Part shown: positions 37,853-46,819 of the stretch, one piece after another
How the letters are laid out: the number at the start of each line of letters is the position of its first letter
Numbering within the stretch: the stretch's first letter is position 1
IMG/VR virus record: IMGVR_UViG_3300050821_001592
Span: 20,703-84,702 of that record
Strand: one strand, 5' to 3'
Source of the DNA: a virus
DNA: 64,000 bases
Position numbers and translations under genes: made by a program
Notes under the pieces: generated by a model
The model's database searches: none
Told to the model about the DNA's origin: nothing
What the model saw: only the letters and a program-made list of their open reading frames with translations

Positions 37853-38542
37853 TTATTTCTTTCCGTTTTTCCAACCGTGCATGGCCACCGCCATGACGCC
37901 CATTTTTCTTACGTGAGGATTATCGCTATTCGCGGCTTCTTGCTTTTTATCCAGCGGGATGGGTTGTCCTTCAGGAATCCCGAGATGCCTATGTAAACCG
38001 CCTTGATTCAAGTGACTCATCGCCCTATGGAAATGCGATTTTTCTTCCGGTGTGTGCTCCACCATCCCTCCTTTGTCAAATAAAGGGGCCTTGGGTGTCG
38101 GTTTGATTTCTGGCGTCACGTCATTCGCGTCACGCATTGTTTTACCACCGATGGGTAGCTTCGTAGGGGCTTTCCCGTCTACGCCCATGACCTTCTCGTA
38201 ACGTTTGTTCTGGTCTCCTGTCAAGACCCGTTCACCGTCTTTAACGATGGCGACTTGGTGCTTTCCATCGGCGACGTTGACCTTCCCGCCGTTGTCATAT
38301 ACGGGTGCCGCGCCGAGATTCTTGGTCATCTTCTTTAACTCGTGCGCGGGAATTCGCTTTTCCCCTTTGATGCGGGCTGGGCGGTCGGTCACTAAATCCT
38401 GCTTGTACACGGTATCATCCTTGGCGGGCGTACCTGTGATGGCGGCGGGGTGGGGGTTCAACTCCTCCATAGCATTTCTATGAGCGCGTACTGCTTCGCC
38501 TTCAGCTTCATCGCCGGGGTGGAACGGATTGCCTGCGGACAT
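37853..38542 (-). CDS. Hypothetical protein
   Basis: AGGAGAG RBS; C-terminal GGLHRHLGIPEGQPIP motif. Confidence 0.65.
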   Translation of the reverse strand: MSAGNPFHPGDEAEGEAVRAHRNAMEELNPHPAAITGTPAKDDTVYKQDLVTDRPARIKGEKRIPAHELKKMTKNLGAAPVYDNGGKVNVADGKHQVAIVKDGERVLTGDQNKRYEKVMGVDGKAPTKLPIGGKTMRDANDVTPEIKPTPKAPLFDKGGMVEHTPEEKSHFHRAMSHLNQGGLHRHLGIPEGQPIPLDKKQEAANSDNPHVRKMGVMAVAMHGWKNGKK

Positions 38543-38585
38543 ATTCTCTCCTTGTCAATATAGTGTCATTATGACAACATGTTGA

Positions 38586-38897
38586 CTACATGCCTGCGGG
38601 CGTGATAGCGGCGGGCGGCTCAGGAGACGGAGACGCCGTCAACTGCGGCACTGCGGGAGTCGTCGGAGCTTCACCCGGAGCGGGTGTACCTGCGTGGTTC
38701 TCCAGATGGTCATGAACGCCCGCCATGCTGTCGTGCATGTGCGTCTCGTCGTGCTTCTCACTATCAAACGGGGCGTGATGTTTGTGCGTCATGACATGCT
38801 TACCATTGTGGGTCTTGGTATACGTAATGGACTTGATTTCTTTCTTCGGACCTTTCGCACCTTTGTCCTTGAGGACTGAGTAGATGTCGTGTGTCAT
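38586..38897 (-). CDS. His-rich hypothetical protein
   Basis: AGGAG RBS at 38897; His cluster and Pro/Ala tail. Confidence 0.6.
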   Translation of the reverse strand: MTHDIYSVLKDKGAKGPKKEIKSITYTKTHNGKHVMTHKHHAPFDSEKHDETHMHDSMAGVHDHLENHAGTPAPGEAPTTPAVPQLTASPSPEPPAAITPAGM

Positions 38898-38898
38898 G

Positions 38899-39417
38899 TT
38901 ATCTCCTATTGAAAAACGTCGGTAGCTCAGACCAACGCTCTCGTGCATGCGCCCTCATGCCCCGACCGGGGTCGTAGGCGGGGTACAACGTGCGAAACTT
39001 ATGTTCGGCTCTCAAAAACCCTTCGGGCATCTCTCCTATTGTTCTCAAAAACATGAGCATCATCGTCGGCCCGCGTGTGTGTCCCGCAATGCAGTGTGAC
39101 AAAAGCTTATCGCCCTCGTCATACCTCTGTTTCAAAAAAATCAAGCCCGCGTCTACAGCTTCGCGAGGTATCATAGTGGGGTCGTCCACATCTATGAGAT
39201 TCAACGCCATGCGTGTCTTGTTCGATTGAACAAAATAGTAATCTTTATCCTTCGGAGCGCCGAGAGTTGTATACCCGAGTACCGCTCGGTGACAATCGGA
39301 AGAGCCGTCTTTACATGCCGCGAGGATGGAATATCCGTGCTTTTCCGCGACGGGGACGGATTCTTTGTCACCCACCCATAATCTTGGTATCACTTCGACT
39401 AAAATCGCTTTGTACAT
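38899..39417 (-). CDS. Dual-specificity protein phosphatase
   Basis: EVIPRLWVG N-terminus; HCIAGHTR CX5R catalytic loop. Confidence 0.85.
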   Translation of the reverse strand: MYKAILVEVIPRLWVGDKESVPVAEKHGYSILAACKDGSSDCHRAVLGYTTLGAPKDKDYYFVQSNKTRMALNLIDVDDPTMIPREAVDAGLIFLKQRYDEGDKLLSHCIAGHTRGPTMMLMFLRTIGEMPEGFLRAEHKFRTLYPAYDPGRGMRAHARERWSELPTFFNRR

Positions 39418-39748
39418 TCACCCCTCCGATAGTCAATCCGAGGGCTGTGAACGCATCGCGGACGTGCTCACGGAAATGGTTGTTGTCAAGTTTTTTAGAA
39501 AAAAGACTTGACCGTCGTTTAACAAGTTCGTCCGAATCTTTCCCAAATACAGAACGTTCTTCACACGGGCGTTTCGGGAATGCCGCCGACCGAATCACCG
39601 CCGTTGTGGCATACTTAACCTTACGGTCACGAGAGTCGGGACCGCGCAGAGCCGTAAGGACGTCCCACAGCTCGCCGCTGTATTCTTGACCATCCAGCAT
39701 GTCCTGAATCGCGTCGAGGGCCGAGCGTAATGTACGCGGAGTGGCCAT
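39368..39748 (-). CDS. Hypothetical protein
   Basis: TGATG coupling to the upstream ORF. Confidence 0.55.
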   Translation of the reverse strand: MATPRTLRSALDAIQDMLDGQEYSGELWDVLTALRGPDSRDRKVKYATTAVIRSAAFPKRPCEERSVFGKDSDELVKRRSSLFSKKLDNNHFREHVRDAFTALGLTIGGVNVQSDFSRSDTKIMGG

Positions 39749-39921
39749 CAGCAACAACTACAATCGCCGCCTTGCGGTACGAACTTGACAGAGTCACCGT
39801 TGATTTCCCAATGACCCGAACCGTCAATCTCGGGATTGACTTGATTCCGAAGCTCAATCTTTCGTCCCGAAAGTTCCGCTTTTACGGTCTTCGGCTCTTT
39901 CACATCTGATTCTTTTGGCAT
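39748..39921 (-). CDS. Small hypothetical protein (57 aa, ends CSCC)
   Basis: AGGAG RBS; MPKESDVKEPK...GGDCSCC; not in the ORF track. Confidence 0.55.
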   Translation of the reverse strand: MPKESDVKEPKTVKAELSGRKIELRNQVNPEIDGSGHWEINGDSVKFVPQGGDCSCC

Positions 39922-39928
39922 AACACTC

Positions 39929-40219
39929 CTAATCGGTAAGTATGATGGCGCTCTTGGGCGCTTCGGTCCATCCCGAGGGTGAAGCGGGGGCTTGCTCGGC
40001 TTGTTTCTTTTGAGCCAGAGCTTTAATCTCTTCCACTACTTGTTTTCGAATCATCACGGAATAGTCGGCTACGAAACTCTTCAATACGACATTCGCAAAG
40101 TCAGTAGCAAAGCGTATAGTCACGCCGTCGATAATAGGCTTAACTCCGCTACCCATGTGCCATGCTTGTTTTTCGTACTGTCGAGTCTGCGCTTCTGTTA
40201 TCGTTGGAATAACCATCAC
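39929..40219 (-). CDS. Hypothetical protein
   Basis: GGAGG RBS, coupled to the upstream gene. Confidence 0.6.
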   Translation of the reverse strand: MMVIPTITEAQTRQYEKQAWHMGSGVKPIIDGVTIRFATDFANVVLKSFVADYSVMIRKQVVEEIKALAQKKQAEQAPASPSGWTEAPKSAIILTD

Positions 40220-40497
40220 CCCTCCCGTTTTAATTTCAGTTTATTCATTAGCTCGGCAACTTCGGGGTCATACTCGACTTCCTCCGGCGCTGTTAACGAA
40301 CGCGGAGACCAACCTCGTATTCGGTCGAGTGCAAGAATTTCCTTGGGGAAAAACCCATCAAGCACCCCGATTCGGTCTGCGACTTTCAACAGAACGGACG
40401 GCTTCAACGGGGTCTTACCCGATTGATGCTCCTGAATCATTTTTACGAATAACATTCGCAAACGCTTTACTGACCGTGGTGTGTTCTTCCCAGACAT
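40216..40497 (-). CDS. Hypothetical protein (weak small-terminase candidate)
   Basis: GGAGG RBS at 40497; small, helical, upstream of terL; no diagnostic motif. Confidence 0.45.
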   Translation of the reverse strand: MSGKNTPRSVKRLRMLFVKMIQEHQSGKTPLKPSVLLKVADRIGVLDGFFPKEILALDRIRGWSPRSLTAPEEVEYDPEVAELMNKLKLKREG

Positions 40498-40650
40498 CGC
40501 TAAACCCCCTCCGTGCTTGAATTTCGTTTGGTAGAGATGCGGATTCACAATAGTCCGCAAAATGGTAGGGGTCGAGCAAACAGTCGTAAATACGCTGCAC
40601 GACTAACTCCTGAATTATGCGGGACCTTTCGGCCCCGCCATCCAACAAAG

Positions 40651-40815
40651 CTACAGTTTTTTCACTTCGGCGGATACCGCGCTTGACACAGCCGAAGTTG
40701 CGGCAGTCTTAACAGCGGTCGCTTTCTTGGCGAAAGCGGATTTGATTTTCTTGGCGATGGACGGGCAGAACACCCCGAAAGCGACACCAGAAACAGCGAC
40801 TATAACACAAAACAT
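40651..40815 (-). CDS. Small membrane-anchored Ala/Lys-rich protein (54 aa)
   Basis: AAGGA RBS; MFCVIVAVSGVAFGVFCPSIAKKIKSAFAKK... Confidence 0.5.
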   Translation of the reverse strand: MFCVIVAVSGVAFGVFCPSIAKKIKSAFAKKATAVKTAATSAVSSAVSAEVKKL

Positions 40816-40824
40816 AGGATATCC

Positions 40825-41166
40825 TTACTCGTGTTGCGGAGCTTGAGACAAACCGTCGACCGCGTGCGAACCTGCGGGCGGGGTCGGCACTACCCCAACA
40901 CCTGAGACACATACGAGCGCATTGCCTGTTGCGCCTGCGGTGCCGTCGGCTTTAATCTGTGAGGACCGCTGTACAACCCCACTAACGAGCTTCTCTTTGG
41001 GTTGACCCGGTTTTGTCTGAATCACGATGTTGCCGCTATCGTACGGGGTAATCGCCGTCGACAAATCAGTATTACTGTGGGTCGCCGTCAATTGATACTG
41101 CTGCGTAATTCCCTTGGGCTGAACGCCCGCTACTCCGCTACCTGCTGGCTCTAGAACGGCACTCAT
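40825..41166 (-). CDS. Hypothetical protein
   Basis: AAGGAG RBS, 113 aa. Confidence 0.6.
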   Translation of the reverse strand: MSAVLEPAGSGVAGVQPKGITQQYQLTATHSNTDLSTAITPYDSGNIVIQTKPGQPKEKLVSGVVQRSSQIKADGTAGATGNALVCVSGVGVVPTPPAGSHAVDGLSQAPQHE

Positions 41167-41176
41167 GACAATCTCC

Positions 41177-41707
41177 TTATACTTTCGGAACGATGATTAG
41201 GTTGTTATCCCAACCCGAACAAAATACCCGTCGTTCAATCTTGTACGGCTGCTTGATATGCCGTGTTGCTGGCGCATCATCGCTGACATCCTCTATGATA
41301 TAAACCCCTCCGGGGGTCAACAGGGGATATAAGACTTGAAAACTGACGACTTGGTGAAGCGGAATATGCGAGCCGTCATCGATGATGACGTCAAAACGTC
41401 CGCCTGTTCGAGGACCTACTGTGCGTAGCGACTCGATTTTACTCTGGTCACACTGTAAACAGTGGATTCGTTCGTCTTCGAAAAATGATTCACGCTTGAT
41501 GTCAATTCCGTAAATCTCCGCGTGGGGGAAATAATCCCTCCACATTCGAAGACTCCCGCCGTGAGATATACCAATTTCTAACAGACGTTGAACTCTCCGG
41601 CCTTGAAAAAACGGATGGTAAAACTCCGTATAATCGTGGTGCGAATCCTTATTCACCCTAACTTTGTCCGTGTTGTACTTCAAAGCTATTTCGCACAGCG
41701 GGGTCAT
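41177..41707 (-). CDS. Class I SAM-dependent (sugar O-)methyltransferase
   Basis: TDK..HHDY, LLEIG...GGSL..W..YFP, FDVIIDDGSH, L.PGG.YIIED. Confidence 0.9.
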   Translation of the reverse strand: MTPLCEIALKYNTDKVRVNKDSHHDYTEFYHPFFQGRRVQRLLEIGISHGGSLRMWRDYFPHAEIYGIDIKRESFFEDERIHCLQCDQSKIESLRTVGPRTGGRFDVIIDDGSHIPLHQVVSFQVLYPLLTPGGVYIIEDVSDDAPATRHIKQPYKIERRVFCSGWDNNLIIVPKV

Positions 41708-43308
41708 TTCGGCCCCCGAGGGTGTGTCGTAAACCAGTCAACAACTAAATCCTGTCTTAACGGCGGACGCATCGGGTTACCGTTATTCCCACGACGATAC
41801 TTTGGGTCTACCCACGACTTATCTCGATATTTCGCGGGAGCCGCTGAGGGGGTATCTTGATTTCTCACGGCATACGCATCCCGCATCACCTGATTATTGT
41901 AGACGTTCGGGGTGTCACAGAGATGCGATGTGATGAAATCGTTGTCTCGATGCGGTCGGTCGGTCGGTCGTCCGTATCGGGGGTCATGCTTCAGAAGAAT
42001 TCCGAAAGGGGCAAGAGAGCGCCCGACCCATCTATCCTCAGCCCAATCGTTAACGGGCACCGTCAGGACTAATTCAGTCGCTTTCTTACTGAGCCAATAA
42101 CCCGCCCCGCCTGAAGCGTATTTCGCGCCGGAACCTCCGCATTGATGACCTGTATATTCCGTGTCTTCAAACCCACTATCCATTAACTTCGGAATGTCAA
42201 TGAAGGTGTCAGGGAAACATTGGAATATGTAGTCATATCCGTGGTCCAGAGCCCAGCGATGGCTATGCCATGTCTTGTGACCTAAATAGAGATATCCATC
42301 AGGGCAATCAAGTACAACCTCGTCTTCCTGTGGGGTGTATGTGAAGGGGTCTTGAATTTTCGTGGAAATAGCTTTGTGTTTGTGCCCGCGAGTCGCGTGG
42401 GTCACGGAGTCTTCCAACCGAGATTCGTCCTCAACACTAACCGGGGTTCCGTTTCCTATGAAGAACCTATGGTCTAGAATTTTATGGTCGACGTCCTGTG
42501 CATACGTCTCGCGAATGGCTTGGTTATCGCCGTTTGTAGCACCTGTGACCCAGCTCGAAACGGCAATCAACGCCTTGAACGGTTGCGCCTGCATCGCCTT
42601 TCTAAGAGCGTGCATACGAGACGGCGTATATCCAGCCTTGAATCCCGCGTGCGTGGTAATGATATTGTTATACGGGCTGATGTCGTTATCACTATATCGA
42701 ACATCGTGTTTCAACACAATGCCCTTGGCTTGTGCGAGTGTCGGAAACCAACTATCGTCTGCACAACAATTAATCCGAGCTTCAATGACCCGAGACATTG
42801 TCTTACGACTTACCCACCAACCAGAACCTCCCGCGACGTTTCGTCCGTTCGGTCCACCGATGAAGTCATATTTCTCGAACCCACTACGCATCAGACGAGC
42901 GATGTCAACATACGTGTCAACGTCGCATTTGAATACGAAGTCATACCCTTGTGTGTAAGCCCATCGAAATATTTCTCGAACCTTAACGGCGAGATGGACG
43001 TAGTCGTCAGGAACCGGGAGGATAACCTCGTCTACTTGTGGGTCTACCGGAAGTTCCGCCGCAGTCTCTTTCGCCCGTTCAATCCCCTTAGCTTCGTAGT
43101 CAATACCCCGATTGCTATCGGATGTACCCCGCTGGGACTCCCAGATGGCGGCTTCGTCGTCATCTGTCGGGGTGTCATCCCCGATAAAAAATTTGTAATC
43201 AACTGTTGGGTGTTGTCGAATATCAGTCAACCATGTATCACGAACCCCTTGGTTGAACCCGTTGCGGGCGTCCCGGCGGCAGGATGCGATTGCTATCAGT
43301 ACCCGCAT
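41704..43308 (-). CDS. Tandem two-domain GT31/Fringe-like glycosyltransferase
   Basis: Two homologous halves: VRDTWL..VPDDY..YDFVFKCDVDTYV..GGSGWWVS..ADD and IRETY..CPDGY..YDYIFQCFPDTFI..SGGAGYWLS..AEDRWVG. Confidence 0.8.
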   Translation of the reverse strand: MRVLIAIASCRRDARNGFNQGVRDTWLTDIRQHPTVDYKFFIGDDTPTDDDEAAIWESQRGTSDSNRGIDYEAKGIERAKETAAELPVDPQVDEVILPVPDDYVHLAVKVREIFRWAYTQGYDFVFKCDVDTYVDIARLMRSGFEKYDFIGGPNGRNVAGGSGWWVSRKTMSRVIEARINCCADDSWFPTLAQAKGIVLKHDVRYSDNDISPYNNIITTHAGFKAGYTPSRMHALRKAMQAQPFKALIAVSSWVTGATNGDNQAIRETYAQDVDHKILDHRFFIGNGTPVSVEDESRLEDSVTHATRGHKHKAISTKIQDPFTYTPQEDEVVLDCPDGYLYLGHKTWHSHRWALDHGYDYIFQCFPDTFIDIPKLMDSGFEDTEYTGHQCGGSGAKYASGGAGYWLSKKATELVLTVPVNDWAEDRWVGRSLAPFGILLKHDPRYGRPTDRPHRDNDFITSHLCDTPNVYNNQVMRDAYAVRNQDTPSAAPAKYRDKSWVDPKYRRGNNGNPMRPPLRQDLVVDWFTTHPRGPK

Positions 43309-43316
43309 TGTCCCTC

Positions 43317-44147
43317 CTAGACGTATGTCGTCTTGTGCTTCACCCACCGTTCGGGAACCAAATCTTGGTCGTGGAGCCATTCCACCCGGAACCAATCGTC
43401 AGGGGCCAACACGACGCTATTGCCCTTGTCCATGAGCCATGCGCCCCACCATGAGAAAGAACTGTTAGAGATGACCGCGTTCTCACACAGACTCATGAGA
43501 TATAAATCCCACGGGGCCATCGGGAAGGAATGCCCGGTGCCTCGATGGTCTATAATGACGCAATCTTTGAACTGCGACTTACACCAATCAGGGTCATCCG
43601 AGAAAACAAAAAATCTAGAATCCTGAATTCGGTCTTCGATATGTCTAGCAGCGGTTAAATAGTACTCAGCCGAGAGACATCCGAAATCTCGCTGAAGATT
43701 CGGGGTGAGATAATCACCGCGTCGAACACTGATGAATGCCGGGTGTTTACACGCTTTAATTTCTTTCGCGAGAGACTTTATCTCCTCGGGCATATCACCT
43801 GTCGGCACAGCTAATTCTTTTCGAAGGGCGGGGATGACTTCGGGGGCGAAATATTTCTCCGATTGCCAGTACCCGTGATAACACGTAGTCAACGGCTTAG
43901 CGTAGACCTCGGGCAGGAAACGAATCGAAGGTTCCCAAAAAAGTCTCGGGTCGGTCGAATCGAGTATATTGTCCGGTTTGTACTCCGTTTGCACGGGCCA
44001 ATCATTCAATCGATACAGACCTTTGAACTTCGTTGCGTAGTCTGTCTTATCGAAATAAACAGGCTCGTTACGAATTGCGGCGAGAGACCGTCCGAACGCG
44101 TACTGAAATAGTTGATTTCCTATCCCGCCCCGAATCTTGACAATCAT
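43317..44147 (-). CDS. Alpha-1,2-fucosyltransferase (GT11)
   Basis: GGIGNQLFQYA, GYWQSEKYF, VRRGDY, FSDDP.W, NSSFSWWGAWL. Confidence 0.92.
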   Translation of the reverse strand: MIVKIRGGIGNQLFQYAFGRSLAAIRNEPVYFDKTDYATKFKGLYRLNDWPVQTEYKPDNILDSTDPRLFWEPSIRFLPEVYAKPLTTCYHGYWQSEKYFAPEVIPALRKELAVPTGDMPEEIKSLAKEIKACKHPAFISVRRGDYLTPNLQRDFGCLSAEYYLTAARHIEDRIQDSRFFVFSDDPDWCKSQFKDCVIIDHRGTGHSFPMAPWDLYLMSLCENAVISNSSFSWWGAWLMDKGNSVVLAPDDWFRVEWLHDQDLVPERWVKHKTTYV

Positions 44148-44148
44148 G

Positions 44149-44820
44149 TTACCGCCTTTTGAAGTATCGGAGGCTTTCGGATAACTCCCGAGGCTGTAAA
44201 TCAAAGCCATGCTCGGACAAAAATTGTTGTATCTCCGGCAATAAGTACGGAGTGTTATATACCCCACACTGGCCCTCACTCCACACTTCTAAGAAAAGAT
44301 GTTGAACTGTCTTAAGGGTTTCGATTGCTCCACGCAATACTGGCAATTCATGACCCTCTACATCAATCTTCATCACAGAGACGTCATTATGCCCGTCGTT
44401 CAATGTCAATGAATCGAGAGTTGTCATGCGGGTTGGACTAATGCGACTCTCGCGAAGGGTCGCATTACCTTGATTGCCTTCCGGGGCGGTTACCTTGCAA
44501 AACCCCTCGCGGTCAGATAAGGCTAATTGGTAAGCGACACAATTCGTGATGTCATTCGCTTCGAGATTTCGTACGAGCTTGTTATAGAATGTCGAGCGGG
44601 GCTCAAAAGCGTAGACGTTTTCGGACGGACAGAACATGGAGAAGTAAAGAGCGTGCGTACCGATATAAGAACCCACATCGACGTAACTACCGGGGCACTG
44701 CAAACTCCTGATGAACTCCAGATTGGCGATTTCATACCACTTGCCTTTAGAGAGCATCTGCTCGATATAGTCTTTTGGATTGAGGTCGACGAAGGTGACT
44801 TCCCGGTTGTTATAAATCAC
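44149..44820 (-). CDS. FkbM-family methyltransferase
   Basis: VDVGSYIG, VYAFEP, TLDS, MKIDVEGHE..VL.GA. Confidence 0.92.
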   Translation of the reverse strand: MIYNNREVTFVDLNPKDYIEQMLSKGKWYEIANLEFIRSLQCPGSYVDVGSYIGTHALYFSMFCPSENVYAFEPRSTFYNKLVRNLEANDITNCVAYQLALSDREGFCKVTAPEGNQGNATLRESRISPTRMTTLDSLTLNDGHNDVSVMKIDVEGHELPVLRGAIETLKTVQHLFLEVWSEGQCGVYNTPYLLPEIQQFLSEHGFDLQPRELSESLRYFKRR

Positions 44821-44829
44821 ATCCCCCTC

Positions 44830-45129
44830 CTAGTCTCGACGTTTGTTCCTATTTCCAGAGGCGAATTGAGTGAGCACCCCATCCCCCGCGTCTTGCACGC
44901 GTAACTTCCATTTCATGAGAGTGATGGCCTCGCTGCGAAAGCTCCTCTGCTCAGTACCTGATATTTTGAAGCCGTGCTCTGTCAAGAGTTCTCGATGGGC
45001 GGCTTGATTCGTTAACACTTCGAAGTTAAGAAAGCCTGCGTTATTGGCCGCCTCAACTTGCTCACGGACCCACGAAGCTGTCATATCTACCGGGGCGAGA
45101 ACGGTTTTTGTACAGGTATTATCCGACAT
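44830..45129 (-). CDS. Hypothetical protein
   Basis: GGGGGA RBS at 45129. Confidence 0.55.
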   Translation of the reverse strand: MSDNTCTKTVLAPVDMTASWVREQVEAANNAGFLNFEVLTNQAAHRELLTEHGFKISGTEQRSFRSEAITLMKWKLRVQDAGDGVLTQFASGNRNKRRD

Positions 45130-45445
45130 AGTCCCCCCAAAGATAAGAAGCCCGCTCAACGCACTGGCATGCGGAGCGGGCTTAGGTATCAGGGGTGCGT
45201 AACCGCTGGGCGGCTACGGGAGGAGGGGTCACCCCTGTTTGTCGTGTAGCTTGTTACTAAAGTGTACGAGATTTACAGGCTTGAGTCGCCCGTTTTGTGT
45301 CGTGGCATATACCTCATCTGGGGGTTCTCGTGGACCTAAACTTTTTCCTCACTCTTCAGTAAATGCGAGTTTCTTCGACGTAGGGGGCGTTTTGCGGCAC
45401 GTAAAACACCGTAAGTCCTTTAGAATCAATTGCAAGAAAAATATG

Positions 45446-45652
45446 TTACTCAGCGTTCTTTTTAGGTGGAACTCGCCCCATGTCTGTGAACTTCGCCCCC
45501 TCTACCGATTCCAAAACCGAAGAATCGCCTAAGTAGGTCAATCGAGCACTTCGACCCCTTTCCATTGATAAACCCTCTCTGGTCAACAGCTTAGACCAGT
45601 ACTCTTTGCTCTGGTAGTCTAGACCCTCCAAACCCTTACGCTTACGCGCCAT
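45446..45652 (-). CDS. Hypothetical protein
   Basis: GAGG RBS at 45652, coupled small-gene operon. Confidence 0.5.
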   Translation of the reverse strand: MARKRKGLEGLDYQSKEYWSKLLTREGLSMERGRSARLTYLGDSSVLESVEGAKFTDMGRVPPKKNAE

Positions 45653-45851
45653 TTTCGTCCTCTTCCACACGATTCAACTTCTTGATTTCGTACGCTCGGA
45701 TGCCAAGGGCGGGGTTATCAAACGTAACCTCCTGAAGAAACAAAAAAGTCATCTTGCCCGCATCTATCTCGCATTCCTTGATGAGGTCTCCCGTTATAGT
45801 TCCCGTGCCTGTGAAAGTGCTCGTTACCCGCTGACCTAAATCAAAAGCCAT
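45642..45851 (-). CDS. Hypothetical protein
   Basis: GGAG RBS, overlaps neighbours. Confidence 0.55.
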   Translation of the reverse strand: MAFDLGQRVTSTFTGTGTITGDLIKECEIDAGKMTFLFLQEVTFDNPALGIRAYEIKKLNRVEEDENGA

Positions 45852-46047
45852 GGTCACTCCCTTTCGACTCTATCCTGCAATCACGACAGCAACCTTTAGA
45901 GACCGCCGTCTTTTCAGACGTCTGTCCCCAACGGTGCCAGCACTCTCTATACCGACGCTCCTCGAACTCTTCTTTCGACACCTTATCGGCATCGATGAAG
46001 TAATAGGGGGTCGTCCCGTCGTCCACAAAAAAGTCTTTGTACTTCAT
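45841..46047 (-). CDS. Hypothetical protein with Cys/His motif
   Basis: ATGA overlap; CWHRW...CCRDC. Confidence 0.5.
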   Translation of the reverse strand: MKYKDFFVDDGTTPYYFIDADKVSKEEFEERRYRECWHRWGQTSEKTAVSKGCCRDCRIESKGSDHGF

Positions 46048-46208
46048 CTCTTGTCCAAGAATTTCGCAACCATCTTGATGAGTTCGTGATTACATGCACA
46101 GCAGAGGTCGGCGAACTTGCGAGCCGAGCTATGGGTCGGAATCTCTACTTGGTCCATCTGGCGGTCGGCTTCAACCTTACACCTGTCGCAAATATACTTT
46201 TTAGCCAT
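46044..46208 (-). CDS. Small zinc-finger protein
   Basis: CDRC...DLCCAC; GGAGG RBS. Confidence 0.6.
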   Translation of the reverse strand: MAKKYICDRCKVEADRQMDQVEIPTHSSARKFADLCCACNHELIKMVAKFLDKR

Positions 46209-46225
46209 GTTCCCTCCACTATTCA

Positions 46226-46296
46226 AAGATAACACGGAAGCATGAAAAAGGCAACCCCTAAAAACTATTGACTTTACGCCCTTCGCATGCTAATCT
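46226..46296. promoter_or_regulatory. Divergent sigma70 promoters at the strand switch
   Basis: Minus TTGCCT-17-TATCTT (46254-46226); plus TTGACT-17-TAATCT (46268-46296). Confidence 0.65.
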
Positions 46297-46368
46297 AGGA
46301 AGAGTCGAGGGACGAAAGTTCTATCGAGTGTACCAGTATGTCCACAGCCTACGGGCAAAAGGAGAACT

Positions 46369-46758
46369 ATGGGTATTGTCATTAAGAAGAAAGTGTATGA
46401 ACTCGCAGACGAGGGTCTTCACAATGTCGTCATCACGCGGATTGAGGATATCGGTCTGGTGGAAACCCAAAACGGCACAAAGGACCGGGCGGCGATTTAC
46501 TTCACCTGTCTGGACCAAAAAGGCAAGGATGGGAGCGACGTTGACCTCCGTTACCAAGTCAATAAGGTCATCAATGACCGCTCGACTCTGGGCAAACTGC
46601 TCAAGAGCCTTAAGGTCTCCGCTGATGACAACTTTGACATGGATGACCTCATCGGCATCAAAGCTCAGGTCGTAGTTGAGCACACTTCAGCCGACGGCAA
46701 CAACTATGCCAACATCACGAGCTTCATCCCGGTTAAAAAGGGAGTCGAGCAAGTATAG
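46369..46758 (+). CDS. Phage ssDNA-binding-like (OB-fold) protein
   Basis: YELADEG.HNV...STLGKLL...DDLIG..AQVVVEH...YANI pattern; first gene of the replication module. Confidence 0.6.
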   Translation: MGIVIKKKVYELADEGLHNVVITRIEDIGLVETQNGTKDRAAIYFTCLDQKGKDGSDVDLRYQVNKVINDRSTLGKLLKSLKVSADDNFDMDDLIGIKAQVVVEHTSADGNNYANITSFIPVKKGVEQV

Positions 46759-46819
46759 TTGTTATTTGTAAAAAAGCGGGGCTGTGCCAGCAGTCTCGCT
46801 TATTTTTTCTTGGAGGGGT

